A stretch of DNA of 64,000 nt from Chlamydiae bacterium RIFCSPLOWO2_12_FULL_45_20 (lineage in GTDB: Bacteria; Chlamydiota; Chlamydiia; Chlamydiales; SM23-39): the NCBI GenBank assembly GCA_001796285.1, contig MGMD01000010.1, positions 65,415 through 129,414 of the forward strand, written 5' to 3'. The position numbers and the translations under genes are program-made. The notes beneath the pieces were generated by a model that did not search any database, was not told where the DNA came from, and was given only the letters and a program-made list of their open reading frames with translations. This document shows, one piece after another, positions 19,010 through 28,998 of the stretch (the stretch's first letter is position 1; the number at the start of each line of letters is the position of its first letter).

Positions 19010-19369
19010 ATGCGCGCTCTTGTCATCGGCGGTCTCAACGTAGATTTTCATTTTTCTTATGAAAGTGATCCTCCCGACGATGGTTGCGAATCCCTCCTCA
19101 GCTTGTCAACAGCATTTGGAGGACATGCAGGAAATTGCGCTGTCGCCCTAAGAAAACTTGGCGTTGAAACTTGGGTGCTTGGCTCTGTTGGAAATGATGT
19201 AGAGGGACGGGCTTTGCTAGACGATCTTTCCCATCACGAGATTCGCACTGACCTTGTATTTCTCGATTCGCAAAAAACAGGTACGGTTCTGGTTGCAACA
19301 TCCCCTTCCAAGCAATCCATGTTTATGTATCGTGGAGCCAACGACTCTCATCAAGAAATATTATTTTGA
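19010..19369 (+). pseudogene. truncated PfkB/ribokinase-family kinase (N-terminal portion only)
   Basis: GGLNVD, GGHAGNCAVALRKLG, GSVGND; stops at ~119 aa and lacks the DTxGAGD motif. Confidence 0.7.
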
Positions 19370-19402
19370 CTGTCCCTGTTTCTTAGAGGAGTATAAAGGG
19401 CG

Positions 19403-20125
19403 ATGATCATTCGATGCAGTTCTATACGAGAGATCCTTCTAAACATCGGTTCATCAACCTGTGTGTTGTTTGATCTCGACGATACGTTGATTCAGTCGCA
19501 AACGCAATATGGCAGCTCTAAATGGTTTTCTTGGGAATCAAAACGGCTGAAAGATCAAGGGATAGATGCTCGAGCAGTGTATGAAATCCTTCATCCTCAA
19601 TCAATGGCAACACTTAAGTTGTGTCCGATTGCACTCGTTGAATCTTGTATTCCTCAAGTAGTTGCTACTGCACAACAGCTAGCTGCGTGTGTTATGGGAC
19701 TGACCGCCCGCCATCCTGAAATGAAAGACATTACGCTAGAGCAGCTTCAACAGTTTGATCTTGATTTCAGTCGTCATAGTTTTTGGCCCATTCCAATTTT
19801 TACTACCTCGGGACCTTCTCTCTTTTCAGAGGGAATTTGGTTTCTGTCCATCCTCAATCAAAAAGGAGATTCTATTCGTCAATGGTTTGATGAAGTAAAG
19901 CCACCCATTACAAGAATTGTCTATGTGGATGATAGCTTAATACATTTAGAAAACATGGAACAAATGATGCATCGAGATATCGAACTGCTTTTGTTTCACT
20001 ATGTTAAGAACGAGGAAAAACTATTTCGTCCAGATATCGCAGCCATTCAAAAGCTGGCCTTTCCAATCATCCTTACAGATGAAGAAGCTGAGATCGTAAA
20101 CAATAGAACATCTTGCGTAACCTGA
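19403..20125 (+). CDS. DUF2608 / HAD-like protein
   Basis: FDLDDTL, GLTAR, KG, VYVDD HAD motifs. Confidence 0.75.
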   Translation: MIIRCSSIREILLNIGSSTCVLFDLDDTLIQSQTQYGSSKWFSWESKRLKDQGIDARAVYEILHPQSMATLKLCPIALVESCIPQVVATAQQLAACVMGLTARHPEMKDITLEQLQQFDLDFSRHSFWPIPIFTTSGPSLFSEGIWFLSILNQKGDSIRQWFDEVKPPITRIVYVDDSLIHLENMEQMMHRDIELLLFHYVKNEEKLFRPDIAAIQKLAFPIILTDEEAEIVNNRTSCVT

Positions 20126-20227
20126 AGAAATGTCGAGCGAAGCTCGGCAAGAATGGTATAGTCGCTTAAAATTTTATTGATAGCTTCTGGGTGCGTGAAA
20201 GCTGCAAATAAATCGATCCTCGTAACT

Positions 20228-20540
20228 ATCGAGTAGGAAGGAGCCTTTCAGCTCCCGTCCTCTCACACCACCGTACGTACGGAACCGTATACGGCGGTTC
20301 ATGATTACTGTGACCTAGCTCGTACTATGTCTGCCATAGGGATGTATCCCATCGATTCGATCACTGCGTTCGACAGCGCCTTATGCATACTGCGGGTCTT
20401 TGCCATTCTCCATGGTCCTTTCCCACTATATGCTGCCTTTCTGGCGCTGCCTTCTTTGAGTCCAAGTGCTATTAGGCGCTTGCATCGCGTTCGAGGTTTC
20501 TTCCATTGTCGCCAGATGGTACCCCTTATCTTACGCAAGT
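20228..20540 (-). mobile_element. 5'-truncated group II intron (class IIC): maturase tail plus domains V and VI
   Basis: minus strand GAACCGCCGTATACGGTTCCGTACGTACGGTGGTGTGAGAGG (DV, CGC triad) and a DVI ending CCTACTCGAT; ORF fragment IWRQWKKPRTR..KGPWRMA..HKALSN. Confidence 0.9.
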
Positions 20541-22355
20541 CTAATGAAAGTGAAGCTGAAATATGCTTACATTCGATCGCTGTATCTCCTCTAAGCTTTC
20601 CGTATGCTTCAAAAGAACTTTTCGTACGGTGGCGACCTCTCCTCGAGGCACAGTGATCTGGTAGCTTTGAGAACTACGCTGAAATTCAATCGTAGCGCTG
20701 GAGAGATTTCCTCGTGTACGCATTGTAGTAAGCCGAATGATCTCGTTTTCTTGAGGAGGGCAATCTTCTCTGGCAGAATAGGGAGTTGTTGGAGAATAAA
20801 GTACGACCCAGTCTTCTGAACTATTTAGCGAGATCTCCATGGGAGTAGGATTCGTAGCGGAACTAGAGCTTGAAGAAGTGGAAAGGGCGGCAGTCGATGC
20901 AGGGTCGGTAGGTTCTGAGAGCACGCCAGGGATAAAACCCCCATGTGTGCCAGGGACAAAATGGAGCCCAGAAAAAGTTTCATTGGGGCTAGGAGAGGGT
21001 GTTTTGTAGAATTGTTTTGTGCACCGAGCAAGTACGGGATGGAGGTTGTTAGTCCAGAAATGCATTATATTGTAAAAGCGTTCCCTTGAGCCTATTGGAA
21101 TTCTATATTCCACAGTACCATCTGGCGTTGTCTTTTGGTAAACTGGGCTTCCTTTTCGTGCCTGCAACAAGTGCTTTATAAAACTAGACGGGTCTGGGTT
21201 CTCTTTTTTTTCTTCCAAATTTAAGGAGCTAGAGCCGAGTAGCTCCTTTCTTTCTTCGAAAGATATCGGAACGTATCCTAAGTTCAGCAGGTCTTGCATT
21301 AATGGAGCACACGAATCTTGTTGGGAATCAATAGTTTGTAGTGGACGGAGTAGGAAACTTCTGGGTGTTATTTTTATTGGATAGTAGTGATTCTCATTGC
21401 TCTTAGATTGACAAGCTAATTGGAGAACTTCTAGAACTAACTGATTTGGGCGCAGGTCGGGAGAAAATGGGTAAGCTAAAAATTGTTGCGTCTGCGTTCG
21501 GATTGCGATGAAAGGAAACGTTGTAGGATCTGCTAGAAAATTTAGCCTATATACGGGATGCATTGATTCGTCCGGCTGCTGTTCATACGCTTTCCAAAGC
21601 CAGTATCCACGAAGTGGGCCGCCAACTAACGATATCAGCAGTTCTTCAAACTGACTATCATCTTCTAGCTGTTGATGAGGTAGAAATTGCCAATCAGGGC
21701 ATGGCAGAGGCTTTTGGGAGATTGGGGGAAATGCATAACCCTCTGAAAATTGTGATGTTCCAATATTAGAAGCCATAATGATATGGAAGTGGCGTATAGG
21801 GGGTTGTGGGCGATATTCTGGGGGCGGTTCTACAGCTGGCATTTGTTCAGGATGTTTTTGTAACTTTTGAAAGAGTTCTACAAAAAAAAGATACCTATTC
21901 AGATCTTGTTCACGGAATCGGTAAGTCTCTGCCAACACTTCCAGATAGCTCAGATAACCCATAGAAATAGTTTCTCGTCTTTGTGGATGCCACCAAGTAA
22001 TGTGACCAAAACAACGTGAAGAATCTGTTCCTACTACTGCTGATGGATTACCCTTTTCAAGCTCATCTAAATCCTCGGGAGAAATCTCCTTACTTTGTTG
22101 CCAAGCTTCCGAAATCTTGTGGCAAATAGGAGTATAGCGGATCTTAGGTTGATACCCTGCAATGACTACGCGTTCATGGAACAGGTGAACGATGTCTGGT
22201 AGGTTGCGTGGAGGGGCCTTGAACGAGATTTTCTGTGCAGATGCATCTGGTTCCTCTAGGAGAACGAGACCCATTTTTTTTTTTTGGGCAGCGTTCAGGA
22301 ATGAGTTGAGAACCGCTTCTTGTACGTTGTAGCCTACTGTTGAGGAGGAAGTCAT
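20541..22355 (-). CDS. hypothetical protein (604 aa)
   Basis: long open ORF; Ser/Thr-rich N-terminus and an internal poly-Ser linker; no recognised domain. Confidence 0.75.
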   Translation of the reverse strand: MTSSSTVGYNVQEAVLNSFLNAAQKKKMGLVLLEEPDASAQKISFKAPPRNLPDIVHLFHERVVIAGYQPKIRYTPICHKISEAWQQSKEISPEDLDELEKGNPSAVVGTDSSRCFGHITWWHPQRRETISMGYLSYLEVLAETYRFREQDLNRYLFFVELFQKLQKHPEQMPAVEPPPEYRPQPPIRHFHIIMASNIGTSQFSEGYAFPPISQKPLPCPDWQFLPHQQLEDDSQFEELLISLVGGPLRGYWLWKAYEQQPDESMHPVYRLNFLADPTTFPFIAIRTQTQQFLAYPFSPDLRPNQLVLEVLQLACQSKSNENHYYPIKITPRSFLLRPLQTIDSQQDSCAPLMQDLLNLGYVPISFEERKELLGSSSLNLEEKKENPDPSSFIKHLLQARKGSPVYQKTTPDGTVEYRIPIGSRERFYNIMHFWTNNLHPVLARCTKQFYKTPSPSPNETFSGLHFVPGTHGGFIPGVLSEPTDPASTAALSTSSSSSSATNPTPMEISLNSSEDWVVLYSPTTPYSAREDCPPQENEIIRLTTMRTRGNLSSATIEFQRSSQSYQITVPRGEVATVRKVLLKHTESLEEIQRSNVSIFQLHFH

Positions 22356-22394
22356 CTTTTAACCTTTCTTAAGGGGGGTTTATAAAAATTTTAA

Positions 22395-23375
22395 TCAAGC
22401 ATCCGTATTCATTACGAAAGTTTTGCTAAGCTGCCCGGGCTCTTCTTTGGCTAATCTCGGGACTCCAAATCCTGAAAGATGGGTTTGCATGGCGCGAACA
22501 AGTGCCAAGCTTCTTGTCTCTGAAACCACAAAATGACTCGATCCCTCGACTGGATCCAGAGTGTGTAGGTAGTAGGGGATAATCCCGGCATTGAGCAGGG
22601 TCTGAGAAAGACCAATGAGGGCTTCCTCGCTATCATTCACCCCACGTAAAAGAACGGATTGGTTGAGTAGAGAAATGCCTAGCCTTTGGATTTTTTTCAA
22701 AGCTTCGAGAACCTCCTCATCCAATTCTCTCGGGTGGTTGGCATGGATACAAAAGAACATTTGCTTGCTTGAGGAAGCTAAGAGATGCAAGAAGGATGGG
22801 TCAATTCTTTCTGGAATACCGATTGGAAAGCGGGTGTGAAATCGGATCCTTTGAATGGAGGGGATCGCATCTAAGGTCCGAAGAAGATCCGCCAACTGTT
22901 CATCGCTTAAAGAGAGGGGATCTCCGCCACTTAAAATCACTTCTGTGATCGTTGGATCTTTTTTTAAGTAGGCAGTTTCAGCCTCAAAATTCTTTATTTT
23001 TTTTTCGTAGGGAAAATTCTGGCGAAAGCAGTATCTACAATGCATCGCGCAGGCGCTGGTTGTGAGAATCAGTGCTCTGGCATGGTATTTATGGAGGAGT
23101 TTTTCCGTTTTTTGAAAGGCGCAGTCTTGGACCGGATCAAGAGTAAATCCAGACAGGGAGATGTCTTCGTCGATTAAGGGAATAAATTGGCGAAGGATCG
23201 GGTCGTTAAGATCATTTTTTACGATTTTCTTGGCGAGTCGTAGCGGCAGGTTCAAGACAAACTTAGACTTTAAAAGAATTCGCTCCCGGTTTTCTTTCGA
23301 TAGATCTAAAAAGTCTAAAAGAGGGCCAATCTTTGTAAAATTTTCTTGTTGAATCTGTCTCCATAGAGGGGGCAT
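22395..23375 (-). CDS. epmB: KamA/EpmB family radical SAM lysine 2,3-aminomutase
   Basis: LLHKY, CAMHCRYCFR, LSGGDPL, NQSVLLRGVND, PYYLH. Confidence 0.85.
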   Translation of the reverse strand: MPPLWRQIQQENFTKIGPLLDFLDLSKENRERILLKSKFVLNLPLRLAKKIVKNDLNDPILRQFIPLIDEDISLSGFTLDPVQDCAFQKTEKLLHKYHARALILTTSACAMHCRYCFRQNFPYEKKIKNFEAETAYLKKDPTITEVILSGGDPLSLSDEQLADLLRTLDAIPSIQRIRFHTRFPIGIPERIDPSFLHLLASSSKQMFFCIHANHPRELDEEVLEALKKIQRLGISLLNQSVLLRGVNDSEEALIGLSQTLLNAGIIPYYLHTLDPVEGSSHFVVSETRSLALVRAMQTHLSGFGVPRLAKEEPGQLSKTFVMNTDA

Positions 23376-23410
23376 AGGGCCAAGAGTCTACCCCTGAAGG
23401 TGGTCTTCTG

Positions 23411-24787
23411 TCAAACGGGAATTTCGTCTAAAACGGTCTTTAAGTTTCTTTTTTTAGCCAGTGACTCCCGTTGGATATCAGCTCCTAAGGAAACAAGTTT
23501 CTCCGTAAGCCCTTCATAGCCTCGGTCGAGAAATTCGACATTGTCGATTGTGCTCATATCCTCAGAAAGAAGAGAGGCCATCACATAGGCAAAGCCTGCC
23601 CTCAGATCGGGAATATGGATGTCCTTGCCTCGAAGCAGGGTAATTCCTTTGACTACTATGCTATGCAGGTGACTCTCAGGAGCAAAACGGCAGGGGCCGC
23701 TTCCTAGACAGCTTGTAAACAGCTCAATGTCTGCTCCCATTTCTTTGAGTGTACGGGTGTAGCCGAAACGGTTCTCATACACCGTCTCATGCACGATAGA
23801 AGCCCCTTGCGCTTGCGTCATCAAGACAACAAAAGGCTGTTGCCAATCTGTCATAAATCCAGGATGCACGCCCGTCTCGATATGAAGCCCACCCTTGAGG
23901 GGTTGATCATAAAAAAACTCGATTCCCTGTTTTTTGACCTCAAACCTTCCGCCGATTTCTCTGAGCTTGTTGAGAAAAGTAATCATATGAAGATGTTCAG
24001 CTCCTTCAATGAACACTCTACCTTTTGTGCTAATGGCTGCCATTGCATAAGAGGCTACCTCATTACGATCACTTAACACTGTATGTTCCACATCATAAAA
24101 CGAAGACGCTTCCTCAATGCAAATCGTGCGGTCTGCATCGACCATGATGTTGGCTCCCAATTTTTGTAAAAATAGGATCAGATCGATAATTTCCGGTTCT
24201 ATTGCAGCTTTTTTGATATATGTGGTTCCCTTAGCGCGTACTGCTGCTAGGATGGTGTTTTCCGTGGCTCCAACAGAGGGGTAATGGAGCGTAATGACCG
24301 TCCCTTTCAGCCCAGAATGGGCCTGCGCAAAATAGGCGCCTTCTTTTTTCATCACTCGATATTCGATCTCTGCTCCTAATTGTTGAAGCGCTTGGATATG
24401 AAAATCTACAGGTCTTAATCCAATGAGATCTCCTCCTGCTGTAGGCACAATGATATCGTTCGATGTGCGACCTAAAAGAGCTCCGATCATTAAGATGGGA
24501 ATTCGATTGGAGCCAGAGTAGCGCTGAGGGATATAGGACGTTTTGAGTTCTTCTGTTTGAATCTGTAGGATTTGATCCTTCTGATCCCACTCCACTTTGG
24601 ATCCTAGTTCTTTACACAAGTTCACTGTAATTTCAACATCGCCGATATTCGGCACGTTATAGAAAGTGCACTTTCTGTCTGAGAGAAGCGATGCAACGAG
24701 AAGCTTGGTCATTGCATTTTTAGCGCCCGCTGCTCGAATGGTTCCTTGGAGGGGTTTCCCACCCTTAATTTTTAGCATGTCCATCAC
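23411..24787 (-). CDS. murA: UDP-N-acetylglucosamine 1-carboxyvinyltransferase
   Basis: GAKNA, RPVDFH, SVGATEN, PGFMTD, DLRAG, DRGY. Confidence 0.95.
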   Translation of the reverse strand: MMDMLKIKGGKPLQGTIRAAGAKNAMTKLLVASLLSDRKCTFYNVPNIGDVEITVNLCKELGSKVEWDQKDQILQIQTEELKTSYIPQRYSGSNRIPILMIGALLGRTSNDIIVPTAGGDLIGLRPVDFHIQALQQLGAEIEYRVMKKEGAYFAQAHSGLKGTVITLHYPSVGATENTILAAVRAKGTTYIKKAAIEPEIIDLILFLQKLGANIMVDADRTICIEEASSFYDVEHTVLSDRNEVASYAMAAISTKGRVFIEGAEHLHMITFLNKLREIGGRFEVKKQGIEFFYDQPLKGGLHIETGVHPGFMTDWQQPFVVLMTQAQGASIVHETVYENRFGYTRTLKEMGADIELFTSCLGSGPCRFAPESHLHSIVVKGITLLRGKDIHIPDLRAGFAYVMASLLSEDMSTIDNVEFLDRGYEGLTEKLVSLGADIQRESLAKKRNLKTVLDEIPV

Positions 24788-24814
24788 TTCTTATGTTATA
24801 CTGAACTTGCAATT

Positions 24815-25741
24815 TTAGGATATTTTTTGACAGAGAGAGATGTTTTTTCGGAATGTGATGCACCCTAAGCGTTTTGGCAACAATCCTTCTTCATTTTTGG
24901 AAAAAGTTAGGGTTTTTGTAGAGATTTGAAGAGCGATCCAGCTCATCGTTTTTCTTGCATTGATTTCTACAACGGGGTGGACTTTTATTTTCCCGTGGCT
25001 TTGGTATAGAAAAGCATCAATCCCCAATGGGCCCGCATATCCCATGTGTTGAATCTTCTGCACTAGAGCCTTTGCGTAATGGAGATGTTCCTCGATGGCC
25101 CAAAACTCTATGTCACCTACGTAGGTTCTTTGATACATCCCTCTTGCATTCGTTGCAAAAAGAGTGATGCCGAGGAGCTTTCCGTTCTCCCACTGAGAGC
25201 TGAAATCTTGTGTTTTTTGAACCCAAGGCTCTCCGATGAGAGGAAGAGGATACGGCCGTTTGACTGGAGGAAATAGATGGCCTTTCCCTGCTGTGCCGTA
25301 AGCCGTTTTAAGCACTTTGGGTCCTGGCGTTTTTTCGATCCACTCTTCTACCTCTCTTTCCGTTTCAAGAAAGGTAGCGCCAGGGAGTTTGGGCGAGTGT
25401 GTAAAGGAAAAAATTTTCGAATTCATTGTTCGCACCTTTTCCCAGTCAGAGGCGCTATATGAAAGGGTGTGTTTTTTGGCCCATCTCTCGATGGCTTGAG
25501 AGGGGCCCCAATGTTCAATTGTTACGTCCTTTGGGGGACTTTTCAAAAGGACCAGGCGGGGATCTGGGTTGAGGGGTAGTTCCGTTACTAGGATGCGATC
25601 CTCTGGCTGGGCGTATAGTAAAGGGAGAAACTGCAGCTGTGTGACAATAGGGTTTACATAAAACCAGCGCTCAAGGGGGCTTTTCAGAGAGCTCTCAAGT
25701 TCGCTTTCAAAAAATGTATTACAAATGTGAAGTTTCGACAT
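24815..25741 (-). CDS. hypothetical protein with an ATP-grasp-like C-terminus
   Basis: VLKTAYGTAGKG, EPWV, GPLGIDAF, VEINAR. Confidence 0.6.
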   Translation of the reverse strand: MSKLHICNTFFESELESSLKSPLERWFYVNPIVTQLQFLPLLYAQPEDRILVTELPLNPDPRLVLLKSPPKDVTIEHWGPSQAIERWAKKHTLSYSASDWEKVRTMNSKIFSFTHSPKLPGATFLETEREVEEWIEKTPGPKVLKTAYGTAGKGHLFPPVKRPYPLPLIGEPWVQKTQDFSSQWENGKLLGITLFATNARGMYQRTYVGDIEFWAIEEHLHYAKALVQKIQHMGYAGPLGIDAFLYQSHGKIKVHPVVEINARKTMSWIALQISTKTLTFSKNEEGLLPKRLGCITFRKNISLCQKIS

Positions 25742-25772
25742 TTTATCCTACTTTATGCGATAATGACCCATT

Positions 25773-26270
25773 ATGAAACACGACATGCCCATTTTTAGAA
25801 CAGGCATTGGGCAAGACAGCCACCGATTTTTGCCGCAAGATTCCTCCAAACCCTGTGTCATAGGGGGAGTCATTTTTGAAGGGGTACCTGGCTTAGACGC
25901 CGATTCCGATGGAGATGTCGTTTTCCACGCGCTTTGTAATGCCATTACCTCTGTAACAGGCGTGCCTATTCTTGGAGGAATAGCTCGTGACCTTTGCGGT
26001 AAGGATGGGATCACCGATAGCCAAGTGTACCTAGAAAAAGCTCTCGTTACTTTGGGAACGCAGCACATCGTGCACGCGGCGTTCACTATAGAGGGCAAAA
26101 AACCCCATTTTGAAAAACATATCCCTTCAATGAGAAAAAACATTGCAGGGGCCCTCAACATTGATCCCACCGCCGTGGGAATTACAGCGACCTCAGGAGA
26201 CGGTTTGACCGATTTTGGATGCGGAGACGGTATTCAGTGCTTTTGTATTCTCACTACTTATGAGAGATAG
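25773..26270 (+). CDS. ispF: 2-C-methyl-D-erythritol 2,4-cyclodiphosphate synthase
   Basis: [29 protein letters not shown]. Confidence 0.93.
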   Translation: MKHDMPIFRTGIGQDSHRFLPQDSSKPCVIGGVIFEGVPGLDADSDGDVVFHALCNAITSVTGVPILGGIARDLCGKDGITDSQVYLEKALVTLGTQHIVHAAFTIEGKKPHFEKHIPSMRKNIAGALNIDPTAVGITATSGDGLTDFGCGDGIQCFCILTTYER

Positions 26271-27313
26271 ACATCAAGTAAATACCGTTTGTTGTGCCGC
26301 ATGGCCCTTAAAAAAAGACGAGCTTCTTCCTCAGTCATGTTTCCCTCTTCATGGATGATTTTTTCTAACGTGAGGTCTACATCTTTGGCCATTTCTTTCG
26401 CATCGCCGCACACGTAAAGGAAAGCGCCATCGCAAATCCACTTCCAAATGCTTTTTCTCTCTTCCCATAATTTATGTTGCACGTAAATTTTTTGCTCTTG
26501 GTCTCTAGAGAATGCTGTACTAAGACGGAGTCTTCCTTGCTTTTCCAATTCTAACCAGTAGTCGCCATAGTGAAAATCTGTCGCTCGATTCCGTTCCCCA
26601 AAAAAGATCCAATTTTGTCCTTCGGCCTGTGTGGCGATTCTTTCTTGCAGAAAGGCTCGGAAAGGGGCAATGCCAGTTCCTGGGCCAATCAAGATGATGA
26701 GAGCATTGGGATCCTCAGGCAGTGCAAAATGGTTAGATGGTTGAACGTAGATAGGGATGGGAGTTAGGCCAATTTTCGCTTCTCGGCAAAGAAAATGGCT
26801 CCCCACACCGTATTGCTTTTCGCCTCTCAGATCGTATTCGACAAAAGCAATCAGTAGATGGATTTCATTCGAAAATACTTTCGCTGAATTGGCAATTGAG
26901 TAAAAACGGGGCATTAGGGGCAAGAGCACGCGTGCCAGTTCAGAAGGATGGGGCTTATGGTGCTCGAGGAGTTCCAATAAAGGGGCTGCCGTTTTTTCAA
27001 CAGGGTAGAGTTTATGAAAAGAGCATCTTTGTAGGTTGGCTTTTTTCAAAAGATATTCTCGAAACGGAAGGGGTATACCACTTTTCTCGTCCCATACCTC
27101 CTCATCGCCTGTTGCGTGCAACTTCTTGAGGATCGCGTCCACCAATTGGGGTCGGTTGGACGGTAACACCGCGATGCTATCCCCGACACGATAGGCAAGC
27201 TTTGAAGTGTCTGCTTCCAGTTCGAGATGATACGTTTTTTTAGACGAGCCTGCCCCGGTGAGAAGTTTTTTGGTTTTGAGTGTTGCGTAGTAGGGCGAAG
27301 CTCTCGTATACAT
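26258..27313 (-). CDS. CysJ-like FAD/NADPH flavoprotein without a flavodoxin domain
   Basis: [36 protein letters not shown]. Confidence 0.85.
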   Translation of the reverse strand: MYTRASPYYATLKTKKLLTGAGSSKKTYHLELEADTSKLAYRVGDSIAVLPSNRPQLVDAILKKLHATGDEEVWDEKSGIPLPFREYLLKKANLQRCSFHKLYPVEKTAAPLLELLEHHKPHPSELARVLLPLMPRFYSIANSAKVFSNEIHLLIAFVEYDLRGEKQYGVGSHFLCREAKIGLTPIPIYVQPSNHFALPEDPNALIILIGPGTGIAPFRAFLQERIATQAEGQNWIFFGERNRATDFHYGDYWLELEKQGRLRLSTAFSRDQEQKIYVQHKLWEERKSIWKWICDGAFLYVCGDAKEMAKDVDLTLEKIIHEEGNMTEEEARLFLRAMRHNKRYLLDVYLS

Positions 27314-27371
27314 TTTTTATAGACAGTTCAGAAAAAAAAAGTTAGATTCGGCAAAAAGGGAGATCGGATTC

Positions 27372-27503
27372 ATGAGATTCCTACTGATCATTGGTTTATG
27401 TCTGCTTTCATACGCTTGTCACAATGGAACCGTGACCCATCATCGTACCTACGTTATTTCTAAATCTCAAGAGGCGGAGATTATGGAGCCGCAGTCTGAC
27501 TGA
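27372..27503 (+). CDS. small putative lipoprotein (43 aa), not in the ORF track
   Basis: MRFLLIIGLCLLSYA-C signal/lipobox-like N-terminus; SD GGGAG; convergent on gltX. Confidence 0.55.
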   Translation: MRFLLIIGLCLLSYACHNGTVTHHRTYVISKSQEAEIMEPQSD

Positions 27504-28998
27504 TGAGTGTTCGGCAATCTTTCTTCTCCCAGCATTTTTTTAGCTGTACAAGCTTTTTATTCGAGATCCCGCCAAGCACTTCGATGGCTTTCATCAGGCG
27601 GACTCGCACCCGGTCTTTCCCAAGCAGGGTCACCGAATCAAAAAGCGGAGGCCCCTTTAGTTTACCCATAATGCTTGCAAAAAGAGACGGGATAATCACT
27701 TTTTTATAGGGCAATCCAAAAATCTCTTCCGCTTCTTTGGAGGCTTCTTCGAGCGCCTTCCCATTCCAAGACTCTTTTTCATCCAAGCTCCAAATGACTG
27801 CCTGGAGGAGCATGGCAATGGCCTCCGGGGCTGTATTCTTATGAGAGAGAAGTCCAGGCGTTATTTTGAGTTGATTGATAAAGAAAAAGTCACAAAGATC
27901 TAAAAAATCGCCAAAAGTTCTCATGCGCGTATGGACAAGGGGCATGAGTTTTTTCATAAAGTCGTCATTGAATTGCCACTGTTGCAATCGATCCCATAAT
28001 TGGCTCTCAGGAACACCCTCTATGATCCTTTTTTGATTGATCCATTCCAGTTTTTGCACGTCAAAAAACGCACCGGAGACCCCGATTCTTTTCGGATCGA
28101 ATTCCCGGATAATCTCATCGAGCTCATAGATCTCTCGGTCTTTGGGCATGCTATAGCCCATTAAAGTCAAAAAGTTGACGAGCGCTTCTGGAAGGTATCC
28201 ACTATCGCGAAAGTAAAAAATAGAGGTGGGATTTTTACGCTTGGAGAGTTTTTTCCCATCGCTTCCCAATAAAAGAGGCATGTGCATAAACACGGGTGGG
28301 TTCCAACCGAAGGCTTCATAAAGGAAAATATGTTTGGGAGTCGAACTCATCCACTCATCTCCACGAATGACATGGGTAATACGCATCAGATGGTCGTCCA
28401 CAACATTGGCTAGATGATAGGTAGGATATCCGTCCGATTTTAGCAAGACTTGATCATCCACATCGGCCCACGGAACGGTAATCCTCCCTTTGATCTCATC
28501 TTCGTAAATACATTCTCCTTTTAAGGGGATTTTCAAACGGATCACGTAGGGTTGTCCCGCATCTTCTTTTTGTTTCACTTCCTCTAAAGAAAGGTTTCTG
28601 TATCTTCGGTCGTAAGCTGTGCGTCTTCCTTCAGCCTGGGCGAGCTCTCGCATTTCTTCCAGTTCTTCCGAGGAGGCAAAGCACTTATATGCCATGCCTT
28701 TTTCCAACAGTTCATAAGCATGAGTTCGATAAATGTCCGTCCGTTCAGATTGCCGATAGGGTCCATAAGGCCCGCCTATATCAGGACCTTCATCCCAGCT
28801 GATTGTACACCAGCGCAACGCTTCTAGAATATTTTTTTCAAACTCCGGGCGGCTTCTTACTTGGTCTGTATCTTCTATGCGTAAGATGAATTGTCCTTTA
28901 AAGTGGCGGGCAAAGATGAGATTGAAAAGCGCGATGTAAGCAGTCCCCACATGAGGGTCCCCTGTTGGCGACGGCGCTATGCGAACTCTAACTGTCAT
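27481..28998 (-). CDS. gltX: glutamate--tRNA ligase
   Basis: RIAPSPTGDPHVG, RIEDTD, KLSKR. Confidence 0.97.
   Translation of the reverse strand: MTVRVRIAPSPTGDPHVGTAYIALFNLIFARHFKGQFILRIEDTDQVRSRPEFEKNILEALRWCTISWDEGPDIGGPYGPYRQSERTDIYRTHAYELLEKGMAYKCFASSEELEEMRELAQAEGRRTAYDRRYRNLSLEEVKQKEDAGQPYVIRLKIPLKGECIYEDEIKGRITVPWADVDDQVLLKSDGYPTYHLANVVDDHLMRITHVIRGDEWMSSTPKHIFLYEAFGWNPPVFMHMPLLLGSDGKKLSKRKNPTSIFYFRDSGYLPEALVNFLTLMGYSMPKDREIYELDEIIREFDPKRIGVSGAFFDVQKLEWINQKRIIEGVPESQLWDRLQQWQFNDDFMKKLMPLVHTRMRTFGDFLDLCDFFFINQLKITPGLLSHKNTAPEAIAMLLQAVIWSLDEKESWNGKALEEASKEAEEIFGLPYKKVIIPSLFASIMGKLKGPPLFDSVTLLGKDRVRVRLMKAIEVLGGISNKKLVQLKKCWEKKDCRTLISQTAAP

Noticed and set aside
26258-27313. cysJ pseudogene
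   Set aside because: The flavodoxin-less form next to ispF is the usual chlamydial arrangement, and the ORF is intact.
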